Assembly (NCBI RefSeq): GCF_020745735.1
Contig: NC_083422.1
Span: 21,080,001-21,144,000 of the forward strand
Direction: 5' to 3'
DNA from: Hemiscyllium ocellatum
Lineage: Eukaryota
Length of the DNA stretch: 64,000 nt
In this document: positions 1 through 13,383 of the stretch, piece by piece
Numbering within the stretch: position 1 is the first letter of the stretch
Layout of the letters: the number at the start of each line of letters is the position of its first letter
The notes under the pieces: model-generated
The model's database searches: none
What the model was told of the DNA's origin: nothing
The model's input: only the letters and a program-made list of their open reading frames with translations
Translations under genes and position numbers: made by a program

Positions 1-1657
1 CCTCAACTAGACTAAAAACCTACACCAGGGAACCTATACCCCTACAGATTAAGGGTAGAGCGTCAGTTCCAGTCTCACATGAGAAGCAGCTGGATCAGTT
101 ACTACTGAAGGCTCGGGCCCAAGCCTGATGGGGCGAAATTAGTTGAGATTGACTCAATATTTTTCATTAAATTTGCTGCCTGAATAAAGTCCTAATTAAA
201 TACTTTGAAGTTTTTCATAAAGGTCTAGGTACTATTAAAGGAGCAAAGGTCACCTTGCATGTTGACCAGGAAACAATTCTATGATTCTGCAGTGCCATTT
301 GCCTTAATCAGAAGTCTGGAAAACAAGGGATTCATCAAACCAATGCAGTTTGTGGAATGGGAAGCACCAGTCTTACTGATTGTGAAGTCTGAGGGGTCAG
401 TTTGCCTTGTGGGGAATTTAAACAAGCAGCTGGATAATTAACCAATCCCTCATATAGAAGATTTAAGCGCAAAGCTGCAGAGGAAAGGGGGGTGGGGTGG
501 ATGCCAGAAGGGTTGGGGCTGTCCTTCACAAAGTTGGATATGATAGGATTCCCAGAAGTATGCTATAATTAATACCCACAAGGGTTTGTACCAATACACA
601 AGACTGCCACTTGGGATATTGTCAGCCTATGCAGTGTTTCAGTGGATGGCGGAGAACATGAGCAAGGTTTACCCCAGGTCATCATTTATCCAGATGATGT
701 GCTAATAACAGGGAAGACCAATAAGGAGCACTTAGAGAGCTTGGACATAGTTGTTAAATGGTTTTCCCAGGCAGGCATATGCCTCAAGAAAGAGTGTGTT
801 CCAAGTACCCTAAGTACCCTACCTGAGCTGCAGAATCGACAAGACCCAGTTACACCATTTGGAAGACAAGATGAGGGTGATCAAAGGTGCCCCAGCTCCC
901 ATATCTGTACCAAAGCTTACGTCTTTCCTTGGGCTGGTGAATTATTATGGAAAGTTCGTACATAACCTGGCTTCCATTCTGGCACCTTTGCATCAACTCT
1001 TAAACAAGAGTCAGCATTGGAAATGATTACGTAGCTTTCAGGGAAGTGAAGAAACAGCTGTCATCTTCTATGGTGTTGGCATATCATGATTCCAAGCAAG
1101 ATATAATATTGACGTGTGATGCTTCCCCTTATGGCATTGGGGTAGTATTAGCTCATAGGTTGTCCAATGGAAAGAAACGCTCAATAGCATATGCATTCAG
1201 GACTTCAGATAAGGCAGAGTATAAACACACTCAGATTGAGAAGGAAAATTTGGTGGTCAGGAAGTTCCACTAATACCTTTAAAGACATACATTTGTAATA
1301 ATGATGGACCACAAACCCTTGCTAGGTTTACTTTAAGAGGGCAAGAAACTGCTGTCCATAACTTCAGGTGAAATTCAGTGGTAGGCTCGAATAGTAGTGC
1401 TTATAATTACAAGTTGGAACAACATCCGGGTAGCAAATATCAAATGCAGATTCATTGAGCCACCTCCTGTTGGCAGATATACCACTAGTACTACCGCCAC
1501 TCAAAGAGTCCGTAATGGTTTTGAATTTTCTGGACACATTTACACTCAGAGCTGACAAAATCAGACTTTTGACACTAAAGGCTCCTGTCCTGGCAAAACT
1601 AAAATGACTGGTGGGGGTGGGGGAAACCAAAGAGCCATCACAACCAGAATTGAAACC
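1..1657 (+). mobile_element. Gypsy/Ty3 LTR retrotransposon pol, part 1 (protease end, RT, RNase H), decayed
   Basis: Frameshifted frames give IIYPDDVLITGKTNKEHLESL (YxDD RT motif), ILTCDASPYGIGVVLAH...IAYAFRT...TQIEKE (RNase H) and DHKPLLGLL. Multiple stops are present. Confidence 0.9.
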
Positions 1658-2231
1658 ATGATTTGGAGATGCCGGTTTTGGATTGGGGTATACAAAGTTA
1701 AAAATCACACAACACCAGGTTATAGTCCAACAGGTTTATTTGGAAGTACTAGCTTTTGATGCGCTGCTCCTTCTTCAGATGGTTGTGGAGGATAAGATTA
1801 TAAGACACAGAATTTATAGCAAAAGTTTATAGTGTGATGTAACTGAAATTATACATTGAAAAAAAAACCTGGATTGTTAGCTGAGTCTCTCATCTTTTAG
1901 AATGAGCATATTGGTTTCAGTTCTTTCATATGTAAATTGTAGAATATTTAAAACTTACATTCTCAAGTGAATGTAACTTTTAAATGTTCTGCGATTTACA
2001 TATAAAAGAATCGAAACCAACATGCTCATTCTAAGAGATGAGAGGCTTAAACAATTCAGGTGTTTTTCAATATATAATTTCAGTTACACCACATTGTAAA
2101 GTTTTGCTATAAATTCTGTGTCTTACAATCTTATCCTCCACAACCACCTGATGAAGGAGCAGCGCATTGAAAGCTAGTACTCCCAAATAAAGCTGTTGGA
2201 CTATAACCTGGTGTTGCGTAATTTTTAACTT
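1658..2231. mobile_element. Penelope-like (family B) fold-back insertion, about 265-bp inverted arms
   Basis: 1696-1962 is the near reverse complement of 1969-2230, with loop TCAAGT at 1963-1968. Flanked by AGAATTGAAACC (1646-1657) and AGAACTGAAACC (2232-2243), a TSD with 1 mismatch. Each arm carries a hammerhead-like motif. Confidence 0.85.
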
Positions 2232-2507
2232 AGAACTGAAACCTGTTTGGATCTGTATAGACTGGATCATTATAGAGGATGGCATATTATTATGGGGAAA
2301 AAGAGTGATTATCCTAAGCAAAGATAGCCAGCAGATACTGGTGAAACTCCGAAAGGGTTATCCAGGGATTTCCAAAATGAAGATGTTGGCAAGAAGTTAT
2401 GTCTGATGGCTAGGATTGGATATGGAGACAGCTGTATTGCTGGGGAGTGCCCAGAGTGCCCACAAGGACAATAATTACTGCCAGCAGCTCCTCCACACTC
2501 GTGAGAA
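2232..2507 (+). mobile_element. Gypsy pol, part 2 (integrase zinc-binding region)
   Basis: Reads EDGILLWGKRVIIL...GYPGISKMKMLARSYV*WLGLD, typical of the Gypsy integrase HHCC region. Confidence 0.85.
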
Positions 2508-5500
2508 GAGAGTCATAGAGATATACAGCACAGAAACAGACCCTTCGGTCCAACTCTTTCCATGCCGACTAGAAATTCTAACTTAATCTAGTCCCATTTG
2601 CCAGCACTTGGCCCATATCCCTCTAAACACTTCCTATTCATATACCCATCCAGATGCCTTTTAAATGTTGTAATTTTACCAGCCTCCACAACTTCCTCTG
2701 ATAGCTCATTCCATACATGCACCACTATCTGTGAAGAAGTTACCCCTTAGTTCCCTTTTATATCTTTCCCCTCTTACCCTAGACATCTGCCATCTAGTTC
2801 TGGACTCCCCCCACCCGAGGGAAAAGATTTTGTCTATTTATCCAACCATACCCCTCATGATTTTATAAACCTCTATAAGGTCACCCCTCAGCCTCCGATG
2901 CTCGAGGGAAAACAGTCCTAGTCTGTTCAGCCTCTCCCTATAGCTCAAACCCTCCAACCCTGGCAACATCCTTGTGAAACTTTTCTAAACCCTTTCAAAT
3001 TTCATAACATCATTCCAAAAGAAAGGAGATCAGAACTGCATGCAATATTCAAAAAGTGGCCTCACCAATGTCCTGTACAACCTCAACATGACCTCCCAAT
3101 GCCTATACTCAATGCTCTGATCAATAAAGGAAAGCATACCAAACGCCTTCTTCACTATCCAATCTACCTGTGACTCAACTTTCAAGGAGCTATGAACCTG
3201 CACTCCAAGGTCTCTTTGTTCAGCAACACTCCCTAGGATCTTACCATTAAGTGTATCAGTCCTGCTCTGATTTGCTTTTCCAAAATGCAGCACTTTATAT
3301 TTGTCTAAATTAATTTCCATCTGCCACTCCTCAGCCTATTGGCCCATTTAATCAAGATCCATTGTATTCTGAGGTAGCCTTCTTCGCTGTCCATTACACC
3401 TCCAATTTTGGTGTCATCTGCAGACTTATTAATGAAACCTCCTATGCTCACATCCAAATCATTTATATAAATGATGAAAAGCAATGGACCCAGCACCAAT
3501 CTAGTTTGTGAGGCATGATTTCCCACGCACAAAGCCATGCTGGCTATCCCTAATCCGTTCTTGTCTTTCCAAATACATGTAAATCCTGTCTTTCAGGATT
3601 CCCTCCAAACGCCTGCACACCATTAACATCAGGCTAGCCAGTCTATAGTTCCCTGGCTTGTCCTTACCACCTTCCTTAAATAAACCATGTTTGCCAATCT
3701 CCAGTCTTCCGACACCTCAGCAAGGGGCCCAGTAATCACTTCCCTACCATCCCACAGAGTTCTTGGGTACACCTGATCAGGTCCTGGGGATTTATCCGCT
3801 TTTATGCATTTCAAGACATCCAGCATCTCCTCCAATGTAATATGGGCATTTTTTAAGACGTCACCATTTATTTCCCCACATTCTATATCTTCCATGTCCT
3901 TCTCCACAATAAACAATGATACAAACTCCTTGTTTAGTATTTCCCCCATCTCCTACGGCTGCAAACATGGACTGCCTTCCTGATCTTTGAGGTGTTCTAT
4001 TTTCTCCCTAGTTACCCTTTTATCCTTAATGTATGTATAAAATCCCTTTGTAGTCTCCATAACCCAATTTGCCAAAGCTATCTCATTTCCCCTTTTGCCC
4101 TCCTGATTTCCCTCTTAACTATACTCCAACTGCCTTTATATTCTTCCGTACCTGACATATGCTTCCTTCTTTTTCCCAACCAAAACCTCAATTTCTCTAG
4201 TCATCCAGCATTCCCTAAAACTACCAGCCTTTCCTTTCAGTCTAACAGGAATATACTGTCTCTGGACTCTCATTATCTCATTTCTGAAGGCTTCCCATTT
4301 TCCAGCCATCCCTTTACCTGAGAATGTTAGCGTTTGAAATTTATTGCATAATACCATCAAAGTTAGCATTCCTCCAATTTAGAGCTTCAACTTTTAGATC
4401 CGGTCTACCCTTTTTCATCACTATTTTAAAACTAATGGAATTATGGTCGCTGGCCCAAAGTGCTTCCCCACTGAAACCTTAGTCACTTGCCCTGTCTTAT
4501 TTCCCAAGAGTAAGTCACATTTTACACCTCTAGTCGGTACATCCACATACTGAATCAGAAAATGTTCTTGTGCACACTTAACAAGTTCCTTGCCATCTAA
4601 ACCCTTATCACTATGGCAATTCCATATGTTTGGAAAGTTAAAATCCCCGACCATAAGCACCTTATTATTCTCACAGATAACTGAGATCCCTTACGAATTT
4701 GTTTCTCAATTTCCCTCTGACTATTAGGAGCTATAATACAGTCTAAGTAAGGTGATCATCCCTTTCTTATTTATCAGTTCAACCCAAATTACTTCCCTGG
4801 ATGTATTTCTTGGAATATCCTCCCTCAGTACAGCTGTAATGTCCTTTCCATAGCATTTGTATCCCGGAACATTATGCTGCCAGTCATAGAGATGTACAGC
4901 ATGGAAACAGACCCTTTGGTCCAACCTGTCCATGCTGACCAGATATCCCAACCTAATCTAGTCCCACCTGCCAGGACCTGGCCCATATCCATCCTGTCCA
5001 TCTCTGAACCATATTTCTGTAATTGCTATGATATTCCAGTCCCATATTCCTAACTATGCCCTAAATTCGTCTGCTTCCCTATTAGACCTCGTGCATTGAA
5101 ATAAATGGCAGTTTAAATAATCAGTCCTTCCTTGTTCTCTGCTTTATCCCTGCCTACCCTGACAGTTTGTTTGGCTCCTTTTCCCAACTGTACCAGTCTC
5201 AGATTGATCTCTTTCCTCACTATCACCCTGGGTCCCAACCCCTCCATTTTACCCGTTTAAATCCTCCCGAGCAGCTCTAGCAAATTTCCCTGCCAGTATA
5301 ATAGACCCCTTCCAATTCCGGTGCAATTCCTCCTTCTTATACAGGTCATTTCTAAACCAGGAGAGATTTCAAAAATCCAGACGTGTGAGCCCTTCTCCCC
5401 TGCACCAGCTCCTCAGCCATGCTTTCATCTGCTCAATCCTCCTATTTCTACCCTCACTAGCTCATAGCACCAGGAGTAATCCAGACATTATTACTGTCAA

Positions 5501-6484
5501 ATTTTTAAATTCCTGTCCAACTATCTATATTCTCCCTTCAAAATCTCAACCTTTTCCCTTCCTATGTCGTTAGTTTCAATGTGTACAATAACCTCCTGGT
5601 GGTCCCTCTCCTCTTTGAAAACATTCTTCGCCCTCTCTGAGACATCCCTGATCCTGGCACCAGGGAGGCACCACACCATTCTGATTTTTTGTTGCCAGCC
5701 ACAGAAACATCTGTCTGTGCCTCTGCCGAGAGAGAGTCCCGTAGCACAATTTATTGCTTGGTACCCGATGTACCCCTCATTACACGAGAGTCTGTCTGGA
5801 AACCAGAAACTTGGCTGATCATACTACATTCCCCCAAGAGTCCATCACCCCATTCATTTTCCAAAACAGCATGCTTGTTTGAAATCGGGATAGCCACAGG
5901 AGACTCCCACACTACCTGCCTACCCCCTGGAGTTAACCCATCTACCTGACTGTATTTGCGGCTTTTCTCTCTTCCTATAACTGCCATCCATCTCACACCT
6001 CCTTGCTCTTGTAAATTCTTTACTGGCTCTAACTGCCACTCCAACCGATCCATGCGATATTATAGGATTCACAACAAAAGACACTTCTTGCAGACATAGC
6101 CATCAGTAATATGGAAAATCTCTATAAACTCCCACATCCGACAGGAAGAGCATATCACTCTTTTAAAGGCCATCTTTGCTCCTTCACAATCTCCAGACCC
6201 AGAAAATAGCATCGTCTTTTTGCTCTAAAAACAGTGCTCTGTAACTTAGTACTTATGGTTTATGTTTTTTTTTAAATTTAATCAAGGGACAGATCTCAAT
6301 AACACATATAATCAAGAAAGAACCCACTGTACTCACTATTGTAGACCTACAGTAAGGTTACACTTAAAAACTGCACTTACCTGTTCCTGTGCTGTGAGCT
6401 CTCCCCCACAGGTTCCTCCAAGGTCAGCTGTGAATTTTGCTGTTTGATAATTTTTCCTAGACACCCTCCGTTGCCTGGAGATAC
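2508..6484 (-). mobile_element. Near full-length CR1-clade LINE (ORF1 zinc finger + SGNH esterase-like domain; ORF2 APE + RT), decayed
   Basis: 3' tail AGAGTCATAGAG at about 2510. RT/C-terminal frames include GPLLFIIYINDLD, ADDTKIGG and LYRTLVRPLFEYCMQF; APE frames include MVGDFNFPNI. ORF1 reads CSSCRMWEF...YVCKKC, PISNKHAVL and RGTDRCFCG...CLPGARIRDVSER...VIVHIETNDIGR. Confidence 0.92.
4882..4990 (-). mobile_element. Short CR1 3'-end nested inside the large CR1
   Basis: A second copy of the AGTCATAGAGATGTACAGC...GTCCAAC 3' tail interrupts the APE-coding region (GCCAGTC | ATCCTGTCC). Confidence 0.8.
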
Positions 6485-7602
6485 ATGAATGGCCTGGCAA
6501 ATCCTGGACTTGGTTACATGTTGACTGTGCATGTACTTTCATAGGCTCAATGTTCTTTGTCATTCTGGATACCCACTCAAAGTGACTGGATTTGTATGGA
6601 GTTCATTCATCAAACATGGGGACGACAATAAAAAACTGTGTGCATCTTTTGCAATACTCAGACTCCCAGACATGTTGCTTACAGATAACGAACCATTGTT
6701 TACCAACAGGGAATTTGAGTATTTCCTACAGTCCAATGGGATTTATCATATAAGGACAGTTCCATACATCCATCATCCAATGGCCTGGCAGAAAGTGCAG
6801 TCCAAATGTTGAAAGCAGGTTTAAAGAAGTAGCCTACAGCTTTGCTGGAGACCAAACTGCCTCAGTTCCTATTTGATTTTAGTACCATTCCCCAGGGTGG
6901 CACCAGCAGAGTTGCTAACAGGGAGAATATTCCACGCTAGGTTAAATCTGATCTTCCCTAACCAGGAGTGGAGAAGGGTAAACAGCGAAGGATGGATTGC
7001 ACCTGAATTGTAAGGGGACTGATATAGTGGCAGGAAGATTTGCTAGAGCTGCTCAGGAGCATTTAAACTAGTAAAGTAGGGAGATAGGACATAGGCAAAT
7101 AGTGTCAAATGCTAGACTCTGCGAAGTGAGATCGTTCATTACAGGGAATGACGTTTGGTGTAGGAACCACAGCAATGGCCTTCCACGTGTAAGAGATACA
7201 GTCGCTGCAAGGTCAGATAGTGACATATAAAGTTCGAATAGGAGTGATGGTCCTGAACAAACATGTGGACCATATGAAAGCCACAAACATGAAAATGGTG
7301 TTGGAGTAAAATGTGCCCTGCTCCTTGGAACAATGTGTGCTCTTTCTCTTCATCAAGCATTGATAAGACCCCTGAATTTGAAATGGATATAGTGGATCTC
7401 ACTGCATCGATGCCTTTGCCATTGGAAGAAGAGGATGAATTTCTCCCAAGACACACTGGATGCTTGAAGCGAACTCCTATGTGTTACACACCACCCGTGT
7501 TTGGATGCTGAGTCAGAGAAAGCTGACCTGGTGTTAAAACATCGCAGGAGGTTCTTTGAGAAAAATGACTGGCCTATGTCCTTGGATGTAGAGGAGGACA
7601 GA
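6485..7602 (+). mobile_element. Gypsy pol, part 3 (integrase core), 3' internal region and polypurine tract
   Basis: Reads EWPGKSWTWLHVDCACTFIGSMFFVILDTHSK and LPDMLLTDNEPLFTNREFEYFLQSNGIYHIRTVPY. Purine tract AGAGGAGGACAGA lies at 7590-7602. Confidence 0.88.
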
Positions 7603-7836
7603 TGTAGTGATAATAATGAGGTCAGTCAGGTGGACCTCATAGAAAATGAGTTCCTTGATTGGGGCAGTTAATCTGTTCCAATCAGGGAGCCCTGGCTCTC
7701 AGATTTAAAATGAATATCAGACAATCTGACACTGTGAGAGCTGGCTCTGAGGGAGCTGGATCAGTGTCAAGGACTCTCCATGTTAAATAAAGGGTGGCTT
7801 GCTGAAGGGATGCCGGCCTCTGTGGAGTTATTTTAC
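7603..7836 (+). mobile_element. 3' LTR of the Gypsy element
   Basis: Starts TGT directly after the PPT, contains AATAAA and ends GGAGTTATTTTA. A related copy lies on the minus strand at 31951-32075 and ends TTATTTCA. Confidence 0.75.
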
Positions 7837-9901
7837 CCATTCTCCCAATCCCAGTGAGGTTGAGGAATCAGATCCATGAGGAAACAAGAACTGATCAGGC
7901 TGTCAACACCCTCACTTTCATCTGAACCCTACCATCTCTATCATCTCTGTTAAAAGTGGAAGCAGGTCATAATTCAAGTGAACACCTCTGTGCACTCAAT
8001 CCTGAATTGCTGTTTTTTCCTGGACTCTCATTAAATATCCATGATGGGTTTACAGTGGTAAAACCTTTGCTCGTTACATTCTCACCACTGGGAGTGAAGA
8101 AAATTAACTAATTAAAATTGCTGCGTGTGTGTGGGCCACTGGAAAAGTGCATCAGCCAGAAGCTGTGAAATAGTAGTCACTTCACTGGGGGAGGATTTCA
8201 GCAGTAGACAGGCTCCCGGGCTTTGGTTGGTATCTATGGAAGCGTGGGCTATGGAGAAAAATTACTCCCTGCGAACTAAGGGTAGGAAGACCCTCAAAAA
8301 GGTGGTACAAACATGAAGGAGCTGGGTTGCCTAGGCAATAAGTACAATACCATCATGCTCTAGAGACCGCTGCACAGTTTTTTAATGCCTTATAATGCTG
8401 ACCAAGGTAGGTGAGAACACTATTCCCCAATCATAAGCTGTGAAAGTTATATTGGCACTTCCTGATCTCACAGATCACAGTAATCAGCTGACTAGTTCAG
8501 GTTGTGTACAATCTAACTAATATTCACTGCTGACCACAAGGTGCAAACATTAATGAAACATGGGAAGAAGCCCATCTTAGCGTCATAACTTTCACCATAG
8601 AATAAATAAAAACATTTATTTTGCTTTTTAGAATCATGGAATTGTTTCCGCTCCTACCTGATCATTGTTATTGTAATTGTGTATCTTGATTGTTTCAATA
8701 TTGTGGCTCACTGAGTTAAGTTGAAAATGGTAACTCTTCAGATTCTCCTCTCTTTCACACACACATTCAACTTATCTGCAGGTACTGGGGATCTCTTGGC
8801 CTTTTTACCTTGCCACATGACACAGGGATATCTGATTTACTGCATGCGTGGCCGGTGCACACAGAATTTGTCAATGGCAGTAAAAGCCTTCTAGCAATTA
8901 AGGTCAAGTGAAAGATTTAACTCATAGCTTACCTTTCAGCAGTAAGGCAGGCAACTACAGACATTACTAATTTTTTTAAAGTAATTTGTGGGCAATTTCA
9001 TCATTTGATGAGAATTATACAGCTTTTATTTTTGTGTCAAAAATTTGTAATGGTTTGGATGTTGTCTCGATTAAGTTTCAATTTTCAAGCAATTGAATAA
9101 AACAAAAAGTTCAGCACTTAATCAATTTAATCACTGAGTTTGATTACTTTTATCCATTGTTTGTCTATGTGTCTTGCAATGCCTACATTGCAGATTTTAT
9201 TCGGAAGTTTTAGTATGCCATCCCAGCATTGTATTGTGAATGTGTTTTCTTTCAGAATGCCACTGCATGTAATCATTGCATCAGCATGAGTTGGTAGGAA
9301 TCTTGGTATGTTCTCTCATGCTGTGAGGAGTTGACTGCTTCCGTAGAGATTGAATTTTCAGAGTTTTTTATTTCAGGCAAATGATGAATTGGTGGAAATG
9401 CATTACAATTTGTTTTTATAAACAACTACAAGAAATACTGAACAGTTATTATCATGAGAAACATCACTGAGTAAACTTCATTGAGTGTTTTTGTTGATGC
9501 TTGGAAAGGAAAACACATACTGTTAATGGACACCAAATTTCACTTGTCACTTTTGATTGGATTAAGCTTTTAAATAATTCAAAACCCATCCATTGGCATA
9601 GAATTACAACCAGATCCTATTTTTATTTCTTACTTTTTGATAGACTGTGGGAGTCTCTGACCAGGTCCTGCCTTTGTTACTCTCCCTAATTGCTCTTGAA
9701 CTGAATGCTTCACTAAGTCATTTTAGAAAAACTGTTAAGAGTCAACCATGTTGCCATGGATATTGAGACCAAATGCAGAAAGAAAGATCAAATTGTTCCA
9801 AGGAAATAAAACTATCAATCAAACAAAGCTGGCAATTTCCATGGCAACTGTGTAGATAGTCCCACAAAAAACTGATCGAATCCATCATTCTTTACATTCA
9901 G

Positions 9902-10027
9902 GAGAAAGTGAGGACTGCAGATGCTGGAGATCAGAGTTCCTGATGAAGGGCTTATGCCCAAAATGTCGATTCTCTTGCTCCTCCGATGCTGCCTGACCTG
10001 CTGTGCTTTTCCAGCACTATACTCTCA
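9902..10027. mobile_element. Penelope-like (family A) short fold-back fragment with inactivated hammerhead motif
   Basis: GAGAAAGTGAGGACTGCAGATGCTGG (reverse of the PLE 3' end) joins TTCCTGATGAAGGGCTTATGCCCAAAATGTCGA. Degenerate TSD at 9887-9901 / 10028-10042 (13/15 match). Confidence 0.75.
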
Positions 10028-10067
10028 ATTCTTAGCATTCAGCCAAGCATTCATAGTGCTTGGCTGT

Positions 10068-10366
10068 GGGCAGCACGATGGCACAGTGGTTAGCACTGAT
10101 GCCTCACAGCGCCAGAGACCCGGGTTCAATTCCCGACTCAGGCAACTGACAGTGTGGAGTTTGCACATTCTCCCCGTGTCTGCGTGGGTTTCCTCCCAAA
10201 GTCCAAAGATGTGCAGGTCAGGTGAATTGGCCATGCTAAATTGCCCGTAGTGTTAGGTAAAGGGGTAAATGTAGGGGAATGGGTGGGTTGTGCTTCGGCG
10301 GGTCTGTGTGGACTTGTTGGGCCGAAGGGCCTGTTTCCACACTGTAAATAATCTAATCTAATCTAA
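10068..10366 (+). mobile_element. tRNA-derived HE1/V-SINE-like SINE
   Basis: A box TGGCACAGTGG, B box GGGTTCAATTCCC, central GTGTGGAGTTTGCACATTCTCCCCGTGTCTGCGTGGGTTTCCTCC, CR1-like tail GGGCCGAAGGGCCTGTTTCC and (AATCT)n end. Confidence 0.85.
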
Positions 10367-11604
10367 TAATGAAGCATCTCTGTAGAAATGGGCAGACTGA
10401 ACTGAGGGCTAGACAGCTGTTTTCACAGTGGTCTTTTACAGTAACTTGCAATGGCTGTGTATTTATTTGGACCAGATGGAAGGCTTCTTCAATGGGATCT
10501 TCACTTACTGTACTTGAATAACAGGTCTATAAGATTGCAAGGGATAAGTTTTTCCCAAAGGAATGTCGAATGGCTGATTTATTTTTAATTTGGTGTGTAC
10601 TTTTAAGAGCTGCCAGTGTAATTATGAATTCTGTACCTAAGTGAGCATAGATGATGCATGGAGAGCATGGGTTATATAATGTGCCATGGAGAAAGCATGG
10701 GAAATCTGAGGAATAATGTGAGGTATGGGTGAGGGGGAAAGATAGAAGTTAAAGGGCCTAAAAACTATCACTAGAACCAAGTTAATATCCCAGAAAATGC
10801 TGAAGTGCCTTTGAACCAACTGGTCTCATCTTCATTGCTATCTCAGACCTTCTTCTAAAGGTGGGAGGTCTGTCTGCAGCTCATTTCACCTTCAGTGTGA
10901 TGAGGCAGATGGGCTCCTCTTGGTCAGAGATGTAGTTGTAGGATCTGAAAATCCCTGATTCATATCGCCTGTCGTAACCCTGAAACTCTGGCCCTCAGAC
11001 TTCAACTGATTTATGGTTTTATTACCAAAATCCAAATGCAGAATCAGTTCCAATAGCTGCTAGTAGGATAGTTTTTTAGATTATTACGAAACACAGACAT
11101 TAATCCAAATGGTTCGCTAATGCAGAAAGCTACTCACCATGGAACCATTAGGAACTGGCTATAATGTGTAAACGAACATCTGTCATAAAACTGACAAATA
11201 ATCATAGCAGATGTCTTCACTGGATTTTTTAAAAAATGAAACTTTTTTTTATTAAATGTTTGATTTCACCATATCATTTATTTACTCTATCATGGGATAT
11301 GCATGTTGCCAGCAAGACTAGCCTTTGTTTTCCCTACCTAACTGCCCTTGAACTGAGTGATTTGCTAGATCATCTCAGAAGGCGGATAAGAATTCAACAT
11401 TGAGGGTCTGTAGAGTCATAGCAGGTAAAGACAATAGATTTCCTGCAGCCATACCTGACAATCCATTACAACTGTTGCCAAATGAATGCAGAGAAAGACA
11501 TTTTGTCCCTGTGTGTCCTGTGTGTTTATGGTACCACATTCTTAAACTGCTGCCAAATTGTGGTGATAAGCAAATCAATTTAAACTAATTCAAATCCAGT
11601 TCTG

Positions 11605-12070
11605 AATAAGCGTCACGGGACCTGAAACGTTAAATCTGATTTCTCTCCACAGATGCTGCCAGAACTTCTCAGCTTTTCCAACAATTTCTGTTTTGTTTCG
11701 GATTTCTAGCATCTGCAGATTGTTTGGTTTTTCATTCAAATCCATGTTACTTCAATTTCACTTTAGGATTAAGTGTTCATCTCTGTGACTTATGTGAAAA
11801 AGACAATCAAGATCTGGAATAAAATTAGAAAGAGCTGAAAAAGCCACCGAACCTCAGGCAGCATTAATGGCGAGAGAAATAGTTAGTACTTTAGGTTGAC
11901 CACATAACTGCATGACAGTTGAAAAACTGAAAGTCCACTGTATATTTTCCAGCTCTTACAAAAGATGACCGACCTGAAACATTAACAGTTTCGCTGTCCA
12001 GGGATGCAGCTTGACCTGCTGAGTATGACCCAGCATTTTCACCAGTTTGTTTCAGATTGACAGAATTGTC
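11605..12070. mobile_element. Cluster of three decayed Penelope-like family C 3'-end fragments (+, -, +)
   Basis: Repeats of GAAACGTTAA...CTCTCCACAGATGCTGCCAGA-like sequence at about 11605-11720 (+), 11800-11880 (-) and 11960-12070 (+). Confidence 0.55.
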
Positions 12071-13383
12071 AAGATTAGTCATTTGCAATATTAGTGGAAG
12101 TTATTAAAACAGTTGAGTTTAAATATTGCTCATAGGGTAAAAAGCTTCATTGTAAGTTTTGAATACTACAGTTTTCCAACAGGAAAACATAATATTATCC
12201 TTTAAAGGTCAATAACAGTTGACCAGAAATGTTAGCATGTCTACATACAAAACATCAACTGCAATAAGCATGTTGACATTACTTTGTATTAATGAAGTTG
12301 GGTGAGTTTTCAATTTAGTTTCCTAGATTATTGATAACAATCATGTGGAATGTTATGATGCCACTAAAACAAAATCGTGCTAAAGTGCATTACTACAGTG
12401 GGAAAACTTTAACATCATATAAGGACACTGGAATTTTGTCAGAGACGTTACAGATAGAAGGTAAAAATGAATTATCTGTTGAAACTGGTCATTTGTTAGC
12501 GTAAAATCAGAGACCATCAATCTTGAAGAAAAACCCACAAGACCATAAGAAATAAGGATGTGGAGAAGGCTATTCAGCACTATTCAATAAGATCATGGCC
12601 CTTGGCAAAAGGATTGGGTTTTGAGTCTTTCATGCCACATTTAGAAATTAATTCAGTATTTTATTTCTGTTGCATGACAGCAAAAATAGAACTAATGCAC
12701 GCAGCTAGTTGTCAGGCTGTTCAAGTGGAGTGATGAGAAACACATAAGCTTCATTTGCAAGCACAGCATCAAAGACGTCAGCATCAAATGCAATCTGAAG
12801 TATTTGTTACCTTCCTGGATTCATGAAAGAGACAGGAGGGAATATGTTATGCTGTGCAGGCAATAAAATCAGTGGTGACATAAGCTACAGAATGTCTCTC
12901 TCCTTAAAATGTGTTTGCTATGAGGAAACATCCTGAACTTTAGATTGCAATAGCATTTCATGAAATCTTTTTAAAAAGTCTCATGGCAGAAGGGCAGTTG
13001 AATTTAAGGTTGCTGGCTTGTATCTCTTACATATGTAGGTCTGGTGTTGTATATAAGTCTGAAAGGATTAGCATTCATTTTGCATTGGCTCCACCTATTC
13101 TATGATATCACATGATGTAGAGCGTTTTGTTTCCACTCACTCTAGTTTTTCAAGGGATTTGGTGTATAAACATATATTTAGACATATGAGACACTAGGTC
13201 TCTAAGATTCCAATAATTATGCCTCACCAAATGTAATTTTATTTATTGTTATCATGCAGTAGACCTTGTTGTTATCTAAGGACAGTGCCTCCTTTATGAA
13301 TACTGTTAATTACTAGATATGCCCAAGACAAAGTGAAGACAAAGGTGATTCAGTGCTAATGAACTATCCTAAACAATCCTTAT

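Noticed and set aside
8782-9471. Possible chain of small plus-strand exons (YWGSLGLFTLPHD..., NATACNHCISMS, WQMMNWWK...)
   Set aside because: Acceptors look plausible, but the first donor is weak (GTCAAG) and the peptide is not recognisable. Unsupported without RNA-seq.
9380-9471. C/D-box-like ATGATGA...CTGA arrangement (also 12729-12798)
   Set aside because: There is no terminal stem and no recognisable rRNA/snRNA guide; such boxes occur often by chance.
10880-10980. Minus-strand frame GYDRRYESGIFRSYNYISDQEEPICLITLK, faintly like a hAT transposase N-terminus
   Set aside because: It is too short, has no continuation, TIRs or polypyrimidine tract.
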